From positions 1-41,743 of IMG/VR virus record IMGVR_UViG_3300017647_000007: a stretch of DNA of 41,743 nucleotides, one strand, 5' to 3'. Both the position numbers and the translations under genes were made by a program. Every line of letters begins with the position of its first letter. The stretch's first letter is position 1. This stretch comes from a virus (lineage: Duplodnaviria > Caudoviricetes). The notes under the pieces were generated by a model that searched no databases, was not told where the DNA came from, and saw only the letters and a list, made by a program, of their open reading frames with translations. Positions 33,648-41,743 of this stretch are shown here, piece after piece.

Positions 33648-35128
33648 TGTCATGGTCATCGGAGCTGCCCTCCCGGCCTAACCTTTCAGGGATCGGCTGG
33701 TACGCAGGGCTCCCGGCTCGCCGTATCGTCCAGTCCTACCACGTGGTGTGGACGTCCGACAGGGCGCAGGCCAGCATCCCGCGAGCACTGGCCACAGCCG
33801 CCCTCGTCGGGCCTGGCATCGCGTCGTCGGCCACGGTCTACATGCCTGCTTCGGGCGACAGCTTCCCGCACGAATTCCCTTGGGAGTTCGTCACGGAGCG
33901 TGGTTCCATGCTCGCCAAGGCGTCGATGTTCGCGCCGGCGGTTGGCATTGGCCCGAACGCCTACCAGGTTCCCCTCATCGGTGCTGCGGCCGAGATGTAC
34001 GCACCCAGCATCGAATACAGCATCGTCATCCACATGCCCGATGCTGCGGGCTTTCCTCACCAGTTCCCCTGGGAGATGCTCAAGGCGCAAGGCTCGATGG
34101 GCGCCAGGGGCGAGATCATGGTCCCCGGCGCTACGGCGGACGCCATCCTGACCGCAGCTGTCATGGCGGCCGAGGGCGACAACCCGACCCCGGAGATCAT
34201 GTCCGGGGCGAAGATCGCGGCCGAGATCATGGAAGCCGTAGCCGGGATGGAGATCCCGGACATCTCGCACACCAGCCAGGAAGACGCTCACGCAGACGTT
34301 CCGACCATGGCCGCCTCGGCGGAGAGTGTCGGGCTGGCGTACCAGTTCCCTTGGGTCTTCCTGCCGAACAGCGGTATGCACAAGCCCAAGATCGAACTGA
34401 TCTGGCCCGCAGACGCTGTGACGTCCGCGGCGGGCGGTGAGATGGCCTCTCCGGGCATCAGTGTCAGCTATGCGGCGCAGGTACCCACCGCGCTCGCCAG
34501 TGGCGTTCTCGTCGCTCCTGGGGTCACTTCCGGGGCGTCTGACACGGCGTCCAGCGCAGGCGGTGAGGCGGAGGTTATCGCCCCCACCGTCATCTGGGAG
34601 CAGCCGCCCGTCTTGACCACCTTCAATGACAGTGGCTCGTTCGACGTCTCCGCGGTGCGGGGTTGGGCAACCCACCTTGTTCTGGTTGGTGTTGGTGGCG
34701 GCGAGGCTGGCGAGAACGGCCAGTTCCTCACGATCGGTGACGGCGGCGACCACGGCGACTGGAATGACCGGATCATTGCTCTCGCTGACTATCCCAGCTT
34801 GACGAGCATCACGGTCACGGTCGGTAACGGCGGCGCATCCAACGGTGCCAACGGCCAGGCAACCACGTTCACAGGCAACGGCTCCATGCCGTCGCTGTCG
34901 TGCGCTGGCGGCGACGGCCTCAACCCCTCCGGAAGCGCTACGGGCCTGGGCCCCGGCAACCACGCAGTGGATGGAGACACCTACACGGGTGGCGCTGACC
35001 GCACGGGCGGCAACGGCTTGGCCGGTAACGCCCCTGGCGGTGGCGGCACTGGCGGTGGCATTCCACTCGGTTCTGGCGGTGCCGGTGCAAAAGGTCGGGC
35101 CTGGATCAAGGCCAAACGAGTCAACTAG
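33647..35128 (+). CDS. Minor tail protein with glycine-rich C-terminal domain
   Basis: MSWS start, Ala-rich repeats, VGGG..GNAPGGGG.GG..GGAGAKG. Confidence 0.8.
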   Translation: MSWSSELPSRPNLSGIGWYAGLPARRIVQSYHVVWTSDRAQASIPRALATAALVGPGIASSATVYMPASGDSFPHEFPWEFVTERGSMLAKASMFAPAVGIGPNAYQVPLIGAAAEMYAPSIEYSIVIHMPDAAGFPHQFPWEMLKAQGSMGARGEIMVPGATADAILTAAVMAAEGDNPTPEIMSGAKIAAEIMEAVAGMEIPDISHTSQEDAHADVPTMAASAESVGLAYQFPWVFLPNSGMHKPKIELIWPADAVTSAAGGEMASPGISVSYAAQVPTALASGVLVAPGVTSGASDTASSAGGEAEVIAPTVIWEQPPVLTTFNDSGSFDVSAVRGWATHLVLVGVGGGEAGENGQFLTIGDGGDHGDWNDRIIALADYPSLTSITVTVGNGGASNGANGQATTFTGNGSMPSLSCAGGDGLNPSGSATGLGPGNHAVDGDTYTGGADRTGGNGLAGNAPGGGGTGGGIPLGSGGAGAKGRAWIKAKRVN

Positions 35129-35151
35129 ATTTCAAGTAAGGAGATGGCCAC

Positions 35152-35598
35152 TTGGCTATCAGCGCTCACTACTACACGAGCTTCTTCAAGTCAGCGTTCA
35201 ACAAAGAGGTGGACCTCGATGAGGCCAGCAAGATCAAGCTGATGCTGTGCAACGAGGACTACTCGCCGAACCAGGACACTCACCGCTACAAGAACTCGGT
35301 GACCAACGAGGTCTCGGGTACCGGCTACACGGCTGGCGGCAAGGCCCTCACTAGCGTCACGGTTACGGTCGGCACCAAGACGATCACCATTGATGCAGAC
35401 GATGTTTCGTGGACCAACGCAACGCTTGTCAGCGACAACGCACCGCGCTACGGGGTCCTCTACTACGACACGGGCACGAGCTCGACGTCGCCCCTGATCG
35501 GCTACATCGACTTCGGCGACTCCACCTACGCGCCCAACGGCGGCACGCTGTCGATCGCGTGGAACTCGGCCGGTATTGCGACGGTGACGGTCTCTTGA
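35152..35598 (+). CDS. Virion structural protein
   Basis: NEVSGTGYTAGGKAL, DADDVSW, LIGYIDFG; AAGGAG RBS. Confidence 0.78.
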   Translation: MAISAHYYTSFFKSAFNKEVDLDEASKIKLMLCNEDYSPNQDTHRYKNSVTNEVSGTGYTAGGKALTSVTVTVGTKTITIDADDVSWTNATLVSDNAPRYGVLYYDTGTSSTSPLIGYIDFGDSTYAPNGGTLSIAWNSAGIATVTVS

Positions 35599-35702
35599 GA
35601 ATTCAGTTTCAGACCGGGGTTGAGGTCGAGTTCATGGCTCCCACAATCACGGTCACGAATCCCGAGCCTGTCGAGGGGGAGTTAGATGCCACTGAAGAAT
35701 GA
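35595..35702 (+). CDS. Possible tiny protein (35 aa)
   Basis: TTGA overlap; MRIQFQTGVEVEFMAPTITVTNPEPVEGELDATEE fills the gap. Confidence 0.35.
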   Translation: MRIQFQTGVEVEFMAPTITVTNPEPVEGELDATEE

Positions 35703-36144
35703 TTGGGAAGAGGGCGACTTCTTCGGGGCCGACGATCAAAACGAGGTCTCGGACGCGGTCAACGCGAATACCGAGGCCGTAGCCGACCTTGAGAGCGACA
35801 AGGCGGAGAAGTCAACGACCATCTCGGCGGGCACAGGCCTGACCGGTGGTGGCGACCTCTCGGCCAACCGCACCATCTCGGTGAACTTCGGCACCAGCTC
35901 GGGGACGGTTTGTCAGGGCAACGACACCCGCTTGTCGAATGCCCGAACCCCCACCTCTCACACGCATTCCGGCTCGGACATCACCTCCGGCACTGTGGCG
36001 TTGGCGCGTCTGGCCACCGGTCACGTCCGAGGGTCGGTCAACGGCACGGCCACCACACTCACCGTGTGGATCGGCACCGAGGCGCAGTTCGAGGCTCTCG
36101 GCTCCCTAGACAACAACACGATCTACCTGTTCACGGAGGATTAG
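35686..36144 (+). CDS. Short tail fibre protein
   Basis: AGTGLTGGGDLSANRTI, GNDTRLSNARTPTSHTH; C-terminal WIGTEAQFEAL..DNNTIYL. Confidence 0.8.
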   Translation: MPLKNDWEEGDFFGADDQNEVSDAVNANTEAVADLESDKAEKSTTISAGTGLTGGGDLSANRTISVNFGTSSGTVCQGNDTRLSNARTPTSHTHSGSDITSGTVALARLATGHVRGSVNGTATTLTVWIGTEAQFEALGSLDNNTIYLFTED

Positions 36145-36993
36145 GTGGGAATCGTCATCCGCGGCAATCCTTTGACAGGTGGCGTGTTCCGGGACAAGCC
36201 GCTGATCGGGGCCATCTACCAAGGGCAGGACCTGTTCACCGCCGGTGAGTTCGTAATCTATGTAACGGAATTCTGGGACGACAAGCTGCACGTCTGGGAC
36301 GGCGAGACGCTCACCACGCTGGTTACAGACCCGGATGAAAGCGGCCCGATCGGCGAGGCCATCGGCTCGTACTTCGCCGATGTGGACGACGACGGAAACG
36401 TCTACTTCGCCCACACGTCAGGCAAGGTTTACCGCTGGGACGGCTCCTCTTTGACGGCAGTCATCACTGGTCTCGCTACCTGTAATGGCGTGGCCGTGGA
36501 CAACGTAAATGGGTACGTGTACGCCACTGCTGGCAACAACATTGTCAGATGGAATGGCTCGGCTACCGCCACAGTCCTCACCGACCTGGAGAGTCCGCGC
36601 GGCCTGGCCTTCAACCCGAGTACCGGGGACCTCTTCATCGCCCTCTCCGCGGCGGACAAGGTGGTCCGCTGGAACGGCTCGACGATCACCGACGCCGTAA
36701 CCGACCTCATCGCCCCCCTCGACGTGGCTGTTGACCCCGGGCGGGGCAACATTTGGGCCACATCTGTCACCGGAAGGATCTATCGCTGGGACGGTTCGGA
36801 CCTCGACCTCATCATCCCCGATACCAATGGGGCGTACGGGATCTCTGTTGACCGGCGCTCAGGTGCTGCCTACATCGCATTGGACGGCGACAAGGTCGTC
36901 CGATGGGACGGCGGCGCTAGCGCTACGGATGTAATCACCACCGGCATCGACCGACCCCTGGGCGTCGCAGTCACATACCGCCGTCCCGAGTAG
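36145..36993 (+). CDS. Beta-propeller protein (NHL/Vgb-like), putative receptor-binding tip
   Basis: About six ~40-aa repeats GVAVD..Y...V.RW(D/N)GS. Confidence 0.8.
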   Translation: MGIVIRGNPLTGGVFRDKPLIGAIYQGQDLFTAGEFVIYVTEFWDDKLHVWDGETLTTLVTDPDESGPIGEAIGSYFADVDDDGNVYFAHTSGKVYRWDGSSLTAVITGLATCNGVAVDNVNGYVYATAGNNIVRWNGSATATVLTDLESPRGLAFNPSTGDLFIALSAADKVVRWNGSTITDAVTDLIAPLDVAVDPGRGNIWATSVTGRIYRWDGSDLDLIIPDTNGAYGISVDRRSGAAYIALDGDKVVRWDGGASATDVITTGIDRPLGVAVTYRRPE

Positions 36994-37002
36994 GAGATCC
37001 CA

Positions 37003-37143
37003 GTGTCCGACCATCCTTCTCGGTATCGCTTTGGTATTGAGAAGCCGATCCTCCCGGTCCTCGTGATGCTGGCCTTGCTTGCGCCGGCGCGCCTGGTGGA
37101 CTGGCTCGCAAGACGTTTCGAGGAACGGCTTTACCACTTCTGA
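37003..37143 (+). CDS. Small hydrophobic protein (46 aa)
   Basis: AGGAG RBS; MSDHPSRYRFGIEKPILPVLVMLALLAPARLVDWLARRFEERLYHF. Confidence 0.55.
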   Translation: MSDHPSRYRFGIEKPILPVLVMLALLAPARLVDWLARRFEERLYHF

Positions 37144-37146
37144 TTG

Positions 37147-37181
37147 AAAGGGCCCCTGGTTTTCGGACTGGGGGCCCTTTT
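37147..37181 (+). terminator. Intrinsic terminator before the lysis cassette
   Basis: AAAGGGCCCC..GGGGCCCTTTT. Confidence 0.75.
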
Positions 37182-37205
37182 GCATTTCCCCGAAAGGATG
37201 CCCTG

Positions 37206-37502
37206 TTGGGATTTTTCAAGGGCCTCATCGAGACGGTCGGCGACGCCATCTGGTCCAAGCTGGAGCCGAAGATCGACCAGCGCCTCGACAACATCGAGCA
37301 GCTCGCCAAAGAGCAGCTGGACGCCTGGCGCACCGAGTCGCTACAGATGCTGTCACAGGCCTTGCCCGCCATGGCCGGTGAGGTTGCAGAGCAGACCGTC
37401 AACACCGTATTCGCACACACTCAGGTGGACGAGGCCGCCGACGCCGTCTCTGGCGTCATCACGGACATCGTCAACCGCATCCGCTTTCCCTTCCTGCGAT
37501 GA
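37206..37502 (+). CDS. Helical protein preceding lysin A
   Basis: AAGGA RBS; amphipathic; ATGA-coupled to lysA. Confidence 0.7.
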   Translation: MGFFKGLIETVGDAIWSKLEPKIDQRLDNIEQLAKEQLDAWRTESLQMLSQALPAMAGEVAEQTVNTVFAHTQVDEAADAVSGVITDIVNRIRFPFLR

Positions 37503-38779
37503 GCTTCACCTGGTTTCGGCCAGAGGGCCCATTGCGCACCCGCGAGCAGATCGCCCGCGAGGTTCACGCCGTCTCCCTGGCGCGTGGACTGGACGAACTC
37601 GCCACAGTCATCGCTCTGATGACCGTCTCCACAGAGGTCGGTGCCAACGACCGCGACGGCAACCGCCAGTGGTGGTGTCCCGCCAACGACCGCGTCCCTG
37701 CCACCCGCGACTTCGAGCACGACTCAAAGAGCGACGACAACCGATCGTCGGGCTACTTCCAGCAGCAACCCGGCCCGAACGGTGAACCGTGGTGGGGGAC
37801 ACCTGAAAACATGATGACCCTGTCGCAGGCGGCGAACACCTTCCTCACGCGTCTCGCCGACGATTACGGCCGCGCGCAGGGCAACCCGCGTCTCGCCGGT
37901 GAGTTCGCGCAGCGCGTGCAGCAGTCCGCCTTCCCCGATCGCTACGCCGAGAAGTGGGACGAGGCCTGGACGGTCCTGCGCCGCGCCCTCTCCGGGCAAG
38001 AACCCCCCAAGGAGCATCCTGTGACCTGGACTGGTGACCCTGTATGGCTTGAGGACGTTCTGCGTCCCGCCCTCGGTGACCGCCTTCGTGTCCTCCCCGG
38101 CTGGCAGAACCGCGGCCACGGGGACTTCAAAGACATCCGTGGGGTCATGGTGCACCACACGGGTAATCGGCGCGCCACAGCCGAATCCATCCGTGACGGA
38201 CGCCCCGACCTCCCGGGTCCGCTCTCCAACATCCACATCGCCACCGACGGCACCGTGACGATCGTCGCCGTGGGTGTGTGCTGGCACGCCGGGGCGGGCT
38301 CGTACCCGTGGCTGCCGACCAACAACGGCAACTGGCACATGATCGGCATCGAGTGCGCCCACGACGGCAACGAGGAGTGGCCCGCCGCTCAGATCATCGC
38401 CATGCGCGACACATGCGCAGCGCTCGCTCTGAAGCTCGGTCATCCCGCAACCCGGGTGATTGGCCACAAGGAGTACGCCGGGGCCTCACAAGGCAAATGG
38501 GACCCCGGAAACCTCGACATGTCGTGGTTCCGCGCCGAGGTCCGCAAGGACATGGAGGGCTTCGTCTTTCCCGGCGAGCATCCGCCTGTTGCACCGCCGC
38601 CCCCGGCCAAGAAGGACTTCCCGGACGGCTGGAGTGACCGCGACGTCCAAGTGGAGATCCTGCGCCAGCTCCGTGGCTTCAGCCTCAACGGCTGGGAGCA
38701 GCTCGACGGCAAGTCCCTGGTGGACTCGGTGGCCGATCTGCACCGCAAGCTGGACCTCATCATCGAGAAACTCTCGTGA
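37499..38779 (+). CDS. lysA: Endolysin (lysin A) with N-acetylmuramoyl-L-alanine amidase domain
   Basis: SSGYFQQQ/QRVQQSAFPDRY N-domain; VMVHHTG, CWHAG, IGIEC, IGHKEY..KWDPG amidase; GWEQLDGKSLVD tail. Confidence 0.93.
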   Translation: MSFTWFRPEGPLRTREQIAREVHAVSLARGLDELATVIALMTVSTEVGANDRDGNRQWWCPANDRVPATRDFEHDSKSDDNRSSGYFQQQPGPNGEPWWGTPENMMTLSQAANTFLTRLADDYGRAQGNPRLAGEFAQRVQQSAFPDRYAEKWDEAWTVLRRALSGQEPPKEHPVTWTGDPVWLEDVLRPALGDRLRVLPGWQNRGHGDFKDIRGVMVHHTGNRRATAESIRDGRPDLPGPLSNIHIATDGTVTIVAVGVCWHAGAGSYPWLPTNNGNWHMIGIECAHDGNEEWPAAQIIAMRDTCAALALKLGHPATRVIGHKEYAGASQGKWDPGNLDMSWFRAEVRKDMEGFVFPGEHPPVAPPPPAKKDFPDGWSDRDVQVEILRQLRGFSLNGWEQLDGKSLVDSVADLHRKLDLIIEKLS

Positions 38780-39801
38780 GGATCGACGGCGTCTACGTCG
38801 GGCTCGGCGAGGGGGACAGCTCCGACGAGATCGCCAAGATCAAGGTGCACCTCCGCAGGAAGTACACCCCGGCCCGCCTGACGCTGGACGAGGGCCCGGT
38901 GTTCACCCCGGAACTCACCGTCGAGGTGAAGCGCTGCCAGGAGATCTTCAAGAACGAGGGCCGGATGCGGCCGGAGGAGATCATCCCCGGCGTTATCAAC
39001 GTCGCCTTCAAGTACGCCTGCGGCTACCTCAAGAAAGAGGTTCTGCTGCCGCTGCACTTCTCCGTCGAGGGCCACGCGTCCAACATGTGGGTGGGGCCAG
39101 CGGCCTGGGTCGGTGAGGTGCTGCGGGCCGAAGGGCGTGCCATCCACTTCCCGACCGACTACAACCGCCACGCCATCCCGTTCGACAACGCTTCGGGTGT
39201 GCGGGAGCTGGCTCGGCGCATCGGATCGACGGTCATCCATGACCCGGGCATGCCGGAGCCGGTGAAGTTTCCCGAAGGCACCCCGTGGACGGCGAGCTGC
39301 TTCTCGCAGGGGGCCATGATCTGGTTCGACTTCTACCGGCAGTACCTCATGCCGGGGAAGCCTCTGCATTGGCGCCTGAAGGACCTTCGCGGCGTCGTCT
39401 CGTGCGGCTCCCCGGTCCGCGAGAAGGGTGTCGTGGCCTCGTGGATTCCTGACCCGCCCGGGCCCGATCGGCAGGGCATCATGGACGTCCGCATGGAGAA
39501 CACCCCGTGGTGGTGGCTAGAGATCGCCCGCAAGGGTGACCGGTACACCGACAACGAATCGACGGGGGAGGTCGGCCTCTACAAGACGGCCGTCGCCAAG
39601 ATCGTCACCGAGAACAAATGGACGGGCGGACCTGCTTCGATGCTGGCCCGCGTAATAGACGTCCTGACGCCGGCCGATGACCTTATTCCGATCACGATGG
39701 CGATCATTCAAATGATTATGTTCGTCGGAAACATGGGCACGCACGGCATTTACCCGTTAGATCCGGCAGTCCAGTTCCTTCGGGAGCGACTCGCCGAATA
39801 A
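38776..39801 (+). CDS. lysB: Lysin B (mycolylarabinogalactan esterase, cutinase-like)
   Basis: N-terminal PG-binding segment; FSVEGH, CFSQGAM nucleophile elbow, GSPVR, GDRY, HGIY. Confidence 0.9.
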   Translation: MRIDGVYVGLGEGDSSDEIAKIKVHLRRKYTPARLTLDEGPVFTPELTVEVKRCQEIFKNEGRMRPEEIIPGVINVAFKYACGYLKKEVLLPLHFSVEGHASNMWVGPAAWVGEVLRAEGRAIHFPTDYNRHAIPFDNASGVRELARRIGSTVIHDPGMPEPVKFPEGTPWTASCFSQGAMIWFDFYRQYLMPGKPLHWRLKDLRGVVSCGSPVREKGVVASWIPDPPGPDRQGIMDVRMENTPWWWLEIARKGDRYTDNESTGEVGLYKTAVAKIVTENKWTGGPASMLARVIDVLTPADDLIPITMAIIQMIMFVGNMGTHGIYPLDPAVQFLRERLAE

Positions 39802-39815
39802 TCCGAAAGGCCACA

Positions 39816-40064
39816 ATGCTTACCCGAGCATTCTGGGAAGATGCCCTGACTCGGGCGGCTAGGACGTTCGCTCAGAGCGCCCTGGCCACCTTGGGTACGG
39901 GGGCTATCGACCTACTCAGCGTCAATTGGGAGGGTGTCCTCTCCATCGGCGGTGGCGCGGCTGTCATCTCCATCCTCATGAGCCTGTCCAAGGTTCGGTC
40001 GAAGACTGAGGGAGAGGATGACGACCCGCCCACCGACCGCATTCCCAAAGTAGATAATCCGTGA
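39816..40064 (+). CDS. Holin (r1t-like)
   Basis: FW.DAL.RAARTFAQ..VNW..SILMSL; two TM segments. Confidence 0.9.
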   Translation: MLTRAFWEDALTRAARTFAQSALATLGTGAIDLLSVNWEGVLSIGGGAAVISILMSLSKVRSKTEGEDDDPPTDRIPKVDNP

Positions 40065-40468
40065 CCCAGGAGTTGCTCCACCTCATCAGCGAGCGCTGGC
40101 CGTGGCTGATCCTGGTGGGCCTCGCGATTATCGGAACACCTCACGCGATCAAATCCCTCAAGGCATTGAAAGGGTTCTTCTGGGACCCGTTTGTCGCCCA
40201 CGTCCGTGGAGTGATGCCGCGTGAGGATGTGGAGGTCCGAATTGCCGACCTGGAAGAGCAGGTCAAATTCCTCGTAGAGCAGGTCGCCGATCTCCGATAT
40301 CGGGACCGGATGTACTGGGCCTGGGTCCTTAAGGACCAGGAATGGCACCGGGAAACCGAACTGCTCGCCGTGGAAATGGGCTGGCCCCTCCCCAAGCATC
40401 AATCATTCGATGACTTCTACGAGCACTGGACCGAGAAGCATCCCCCACCCCGTGAAAGTGAGAATTGA
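40061..40468 (+). CDS. Membrane-anchored coiled-coil lysis accessory protein
   Basis: WPWLILVGLAIIG then IADLEEQVKFLVEQVADL. Confidence 0.7.
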   Translation: MTQELLHLISERWPWLILVGLAIIGTPHAIKSLKALKGFFWDPFVAHVRGVMPREDVEVRIADLEEQVKFLVEQVADLRYRDRMYWAWVLKDQEWHRETELLAVEMGWPLPKHQSFDDFYEHWTEKHPPPRESEN

Positions 40469-40686
40469 TCCGCCTTTACTCGAAACCCGGATGTCAGCCG
40501 TGTAAAGCAACCAAGCGTGCATTGGACAAGCTTGGGATTGAATATGAGCAGTTCGACGTGACCACCGATCCTTCGGCCGCGGAAGCCGCCGCTGGATACG
40601 GCTACACCTCGCTCCCCATCGTCGTGGTGGATGAGAACACGCACTGGGGTGGGCATTGCCCCTCCAAACTCGAAAAGCTCGCCTGA
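40465..40686 (+). CDS. nrdH: NrdH-like glutaredoxin
   Basis: LYSKPGCQPCKATKRALDK.GI.Y..GYTSLPIVV..HWGG. Confidence 0.92.
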   Translation: MIRLYSKPGCQPCKATKRALDKLGIEYEQFDVTTDPSAAEAAAGYGYTSLPIVVVDENTHWGGHCPSKLEKLA

Positions 40687-40689
40687 TAC

Positions 40690-40739
40690 AAAGGGCCCCC
40701 GCGCTCCCCTGAATGGGTTGTAGCGCGGGGGCCTCTTTT
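40690..40739. terminator. Bidirectional terminator between convergent operons
   Basis: 12-bp stem GGCCCCCGCGCT/AGCGCGGGGGCC flanked by AAA and TCTTTT. Confidence 0.8.
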
Positions 40740-40747
40740 GGCGTGTT

Positions 40748-40975
40748 CTAGTAGTACTCGGAGCAGTTGTTGATGACGGCGTAGTTCATCAGGAGCAGCC
40801 AGTCGCTCTCCGAGTGACCGGGCATGCGGGCGTCGAGCCCGTCGATGATCTGGTCCCGTGTCATCCCGGCGTCCAGCTGGGCGCAGACCACATCCCACAG
40901 GTGCTTGTTGTCGGCCGGGTCGGCGTTGGCCACCGGGGCGAACATGATGGGCAGCAGCAGTAGCAGTTTCTTCAT
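40748..40975 (-). CDS. Secreted DUF732-like protein
   Basis: Signal peptide MKKLLLLLPIMFAPVANA; VCAQLDAG..AVINNC.EY two-Cys pattern. Confidence 0.75.
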   Translation of the reverse strand: MKKLLLLLPIMFAPVANADPADNKHLWDVVCAQLDAGMTRDQIIDGLDARMPGHSESDWLLLMNYAVINNCSEYY

Positions 40976-41187
40976 TCCGGCACCGCCTCGAAAAGAATGT
41001 TCAGCCACGAAGGACCAAGGGCGGTGACCGCCCCGGCGATCAAGCGGGCGGAGACTTCCTGCCCACCGTGGGCAACCCGGTGCATCGTGGCCGGGTCCAC
41101 ACCCAGGCGCTTAGCAATCTTGCGGTCAGAACCGTGCAGCTCTTTGAGCGCTGCATAGCCCTCGGGGCGCAACTTGAAGTAGGCCAT
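40972..41187 (-). CDS. Small XRE-like HTH protein
   Basis: SDRKIAKRLGVDPATMHRVAHGGQEVSARLIA; coupled at both ends. Confidence 0.8.
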   Translation of the reverse strand: MAYFKLRPEGYAALKELHGSDRKIAKRLGVDPATMHRVAHGGQEVSARLIAGAVTALGPSWLNILFEAVPE

Positions 41188-41513
41188 CACGCCTGCCCCG
41201 AGTCGCGCCGCTGGGCCCACGCGATCAGCTGATCGATGTTGCTCACCCCGGCCGCACGCAACAGTTCGGCATCGGGAACCGCGTGGCGGGCCAGCAACTC
41301 AACGATGAGTTCATAGGTGCTGATGAAGTCGGTCAGCGGCGCGACCTCGTCAAGGTGGACGATGTCGGTGCAGCTCTCGCCGAACTCGTCGTACTCAACC
41401 TCGGCGCGCCCACCTTCGAGCATCCGCGTGACGCGGTACTTGGTGGCTTCGCGGAAGCCGTAGCGGTCAGCGAAAGAGCTGTCCACGACGACGGTGCCGA
41501 TTTTGATGGCCAT
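41187..41513 (-). CDS. Hypothetical protein (SH3-like beta N-terminus)
   Basis: AAGGGAG RBS; first gene of the reverse operon. Confidence 0.72.
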   Translation of the reverse strand: MAIKIGTVVVDSSFADRYGFREATKYRVTRMLEGGRAEVEYDEFGESCTDIVHLDEVAPLTDFISTYELIVELLARHAVPDAELLRAAGVSNIDQLIAWAQRRDSGQA

Positions 41514-41554
41514 TTGCGTTCGCTCCCTTGAGGAAAGGGGTTACGCGAAACGCT

Positions 41555-41575
41555 GTTGCATGGATCTTGCATGGA
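41555..41575 (+). promoter_or_regulatory. Putative integrase arm-type sites
   Basis: GTTGCATGGA and CTTGCATGGA with 11-bp period, matching 247-268. Confidence 0.72.
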
Positions 41576-41620
41576 GACTAGCGAGAAGCTCTAACTAGTA
41601 TCTCTGACCTGCGAAAATGC

Positions 41621-41695
41621 TGGTGCGCGATACTGGGATTGAACCAGTGACCTCTTCCGTGTCAGGGAAGCGCTCTCCCGCTGAGCTAATCGCGC
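41621..41695 (-). tRNA. tRNA-Val(GAC), containing the att core 41621-41644
   Basis: Reverse complement GCGCGATTAGCTCAGCGGGAGAGCGCTTCCCTGACACGGAAGAGGTCACTGGTTCAATCCCAGTATCGCGCACCA folds as a cloverleaf with anticodon GAC and CCA end. Confidence 0.97.
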
Positions 41696-41706
41696 TGGTC
41701 GAACTT

Positions 41707-41743
41707 TGGAGGTGGAGACGGGAATCGAACCCGTGTGCACGGC
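41707..41743 (-). tRNA. 3' part of a tRNA, probably tRNA-Cys (cut by window edge)
   Basis: GCCGTGCACACGGGTTCGATTCCCGTCTCCACCTCCA; anticodon lies outside the window; identity from the mycobacterial Gly-Cys-Val cluster. Confidence 0.8.

Larger units (their letters stand above)
100..41644. mobile_element. Temperate siphovirus prophage integrated in tRNA-Val(GAC)
   Basis: Direct repeat TGGTGCGCGATACTGGGATTGAAC at 100-123 and 41621-41644; integrase next to one end; full head, tail and lysis gene set in between. Confidence 0.97.

Overview
The window is one apparently complete ~41.5 kb temperate siphovirus prophage (100-41644) of a mycolic-acid-containing actinobacterium, most likely a mycobacterium given LysB and the Cys-Val tRNA locus. 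It is integrated at the 3' end of tRNA-Val(GAC) and bounded by a 24-bp att duplication. From left to right it carries: an L5-like tyrosine integrase, excisionase, DUF559 nuclease, a 560-bp control region, a very small early/replication module with a candidate origin inside the initiator gene, and two HNH genes. Then come a glycosyltransferase x3 / kinase / methyltransferase cassette beside a collagen-like fibre and tip protein, ORFans, TerS, and TerL with a class-3-type LAGLIDADG intein. Head, tail, lysis genes and NrdH follow, and finally a three-gene reverse operon sitting directly downstream of the host tRNA operon. The most interesting signals are: (1) a possible 'build, phosphorylate, methyl-cap' glycan system next to a collagen fibre; (2) tail chaperones encoded as an in-frame G-T fusion plus a separate G, with recurring hairpin/GGCTGC pseudoknot-like leaders; (3) no CI-type repressor beside the integrase; (4) a left flank that looks like the end of a second element at the same tRNA. 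All calls come from motif reading and recall; no searches were run.
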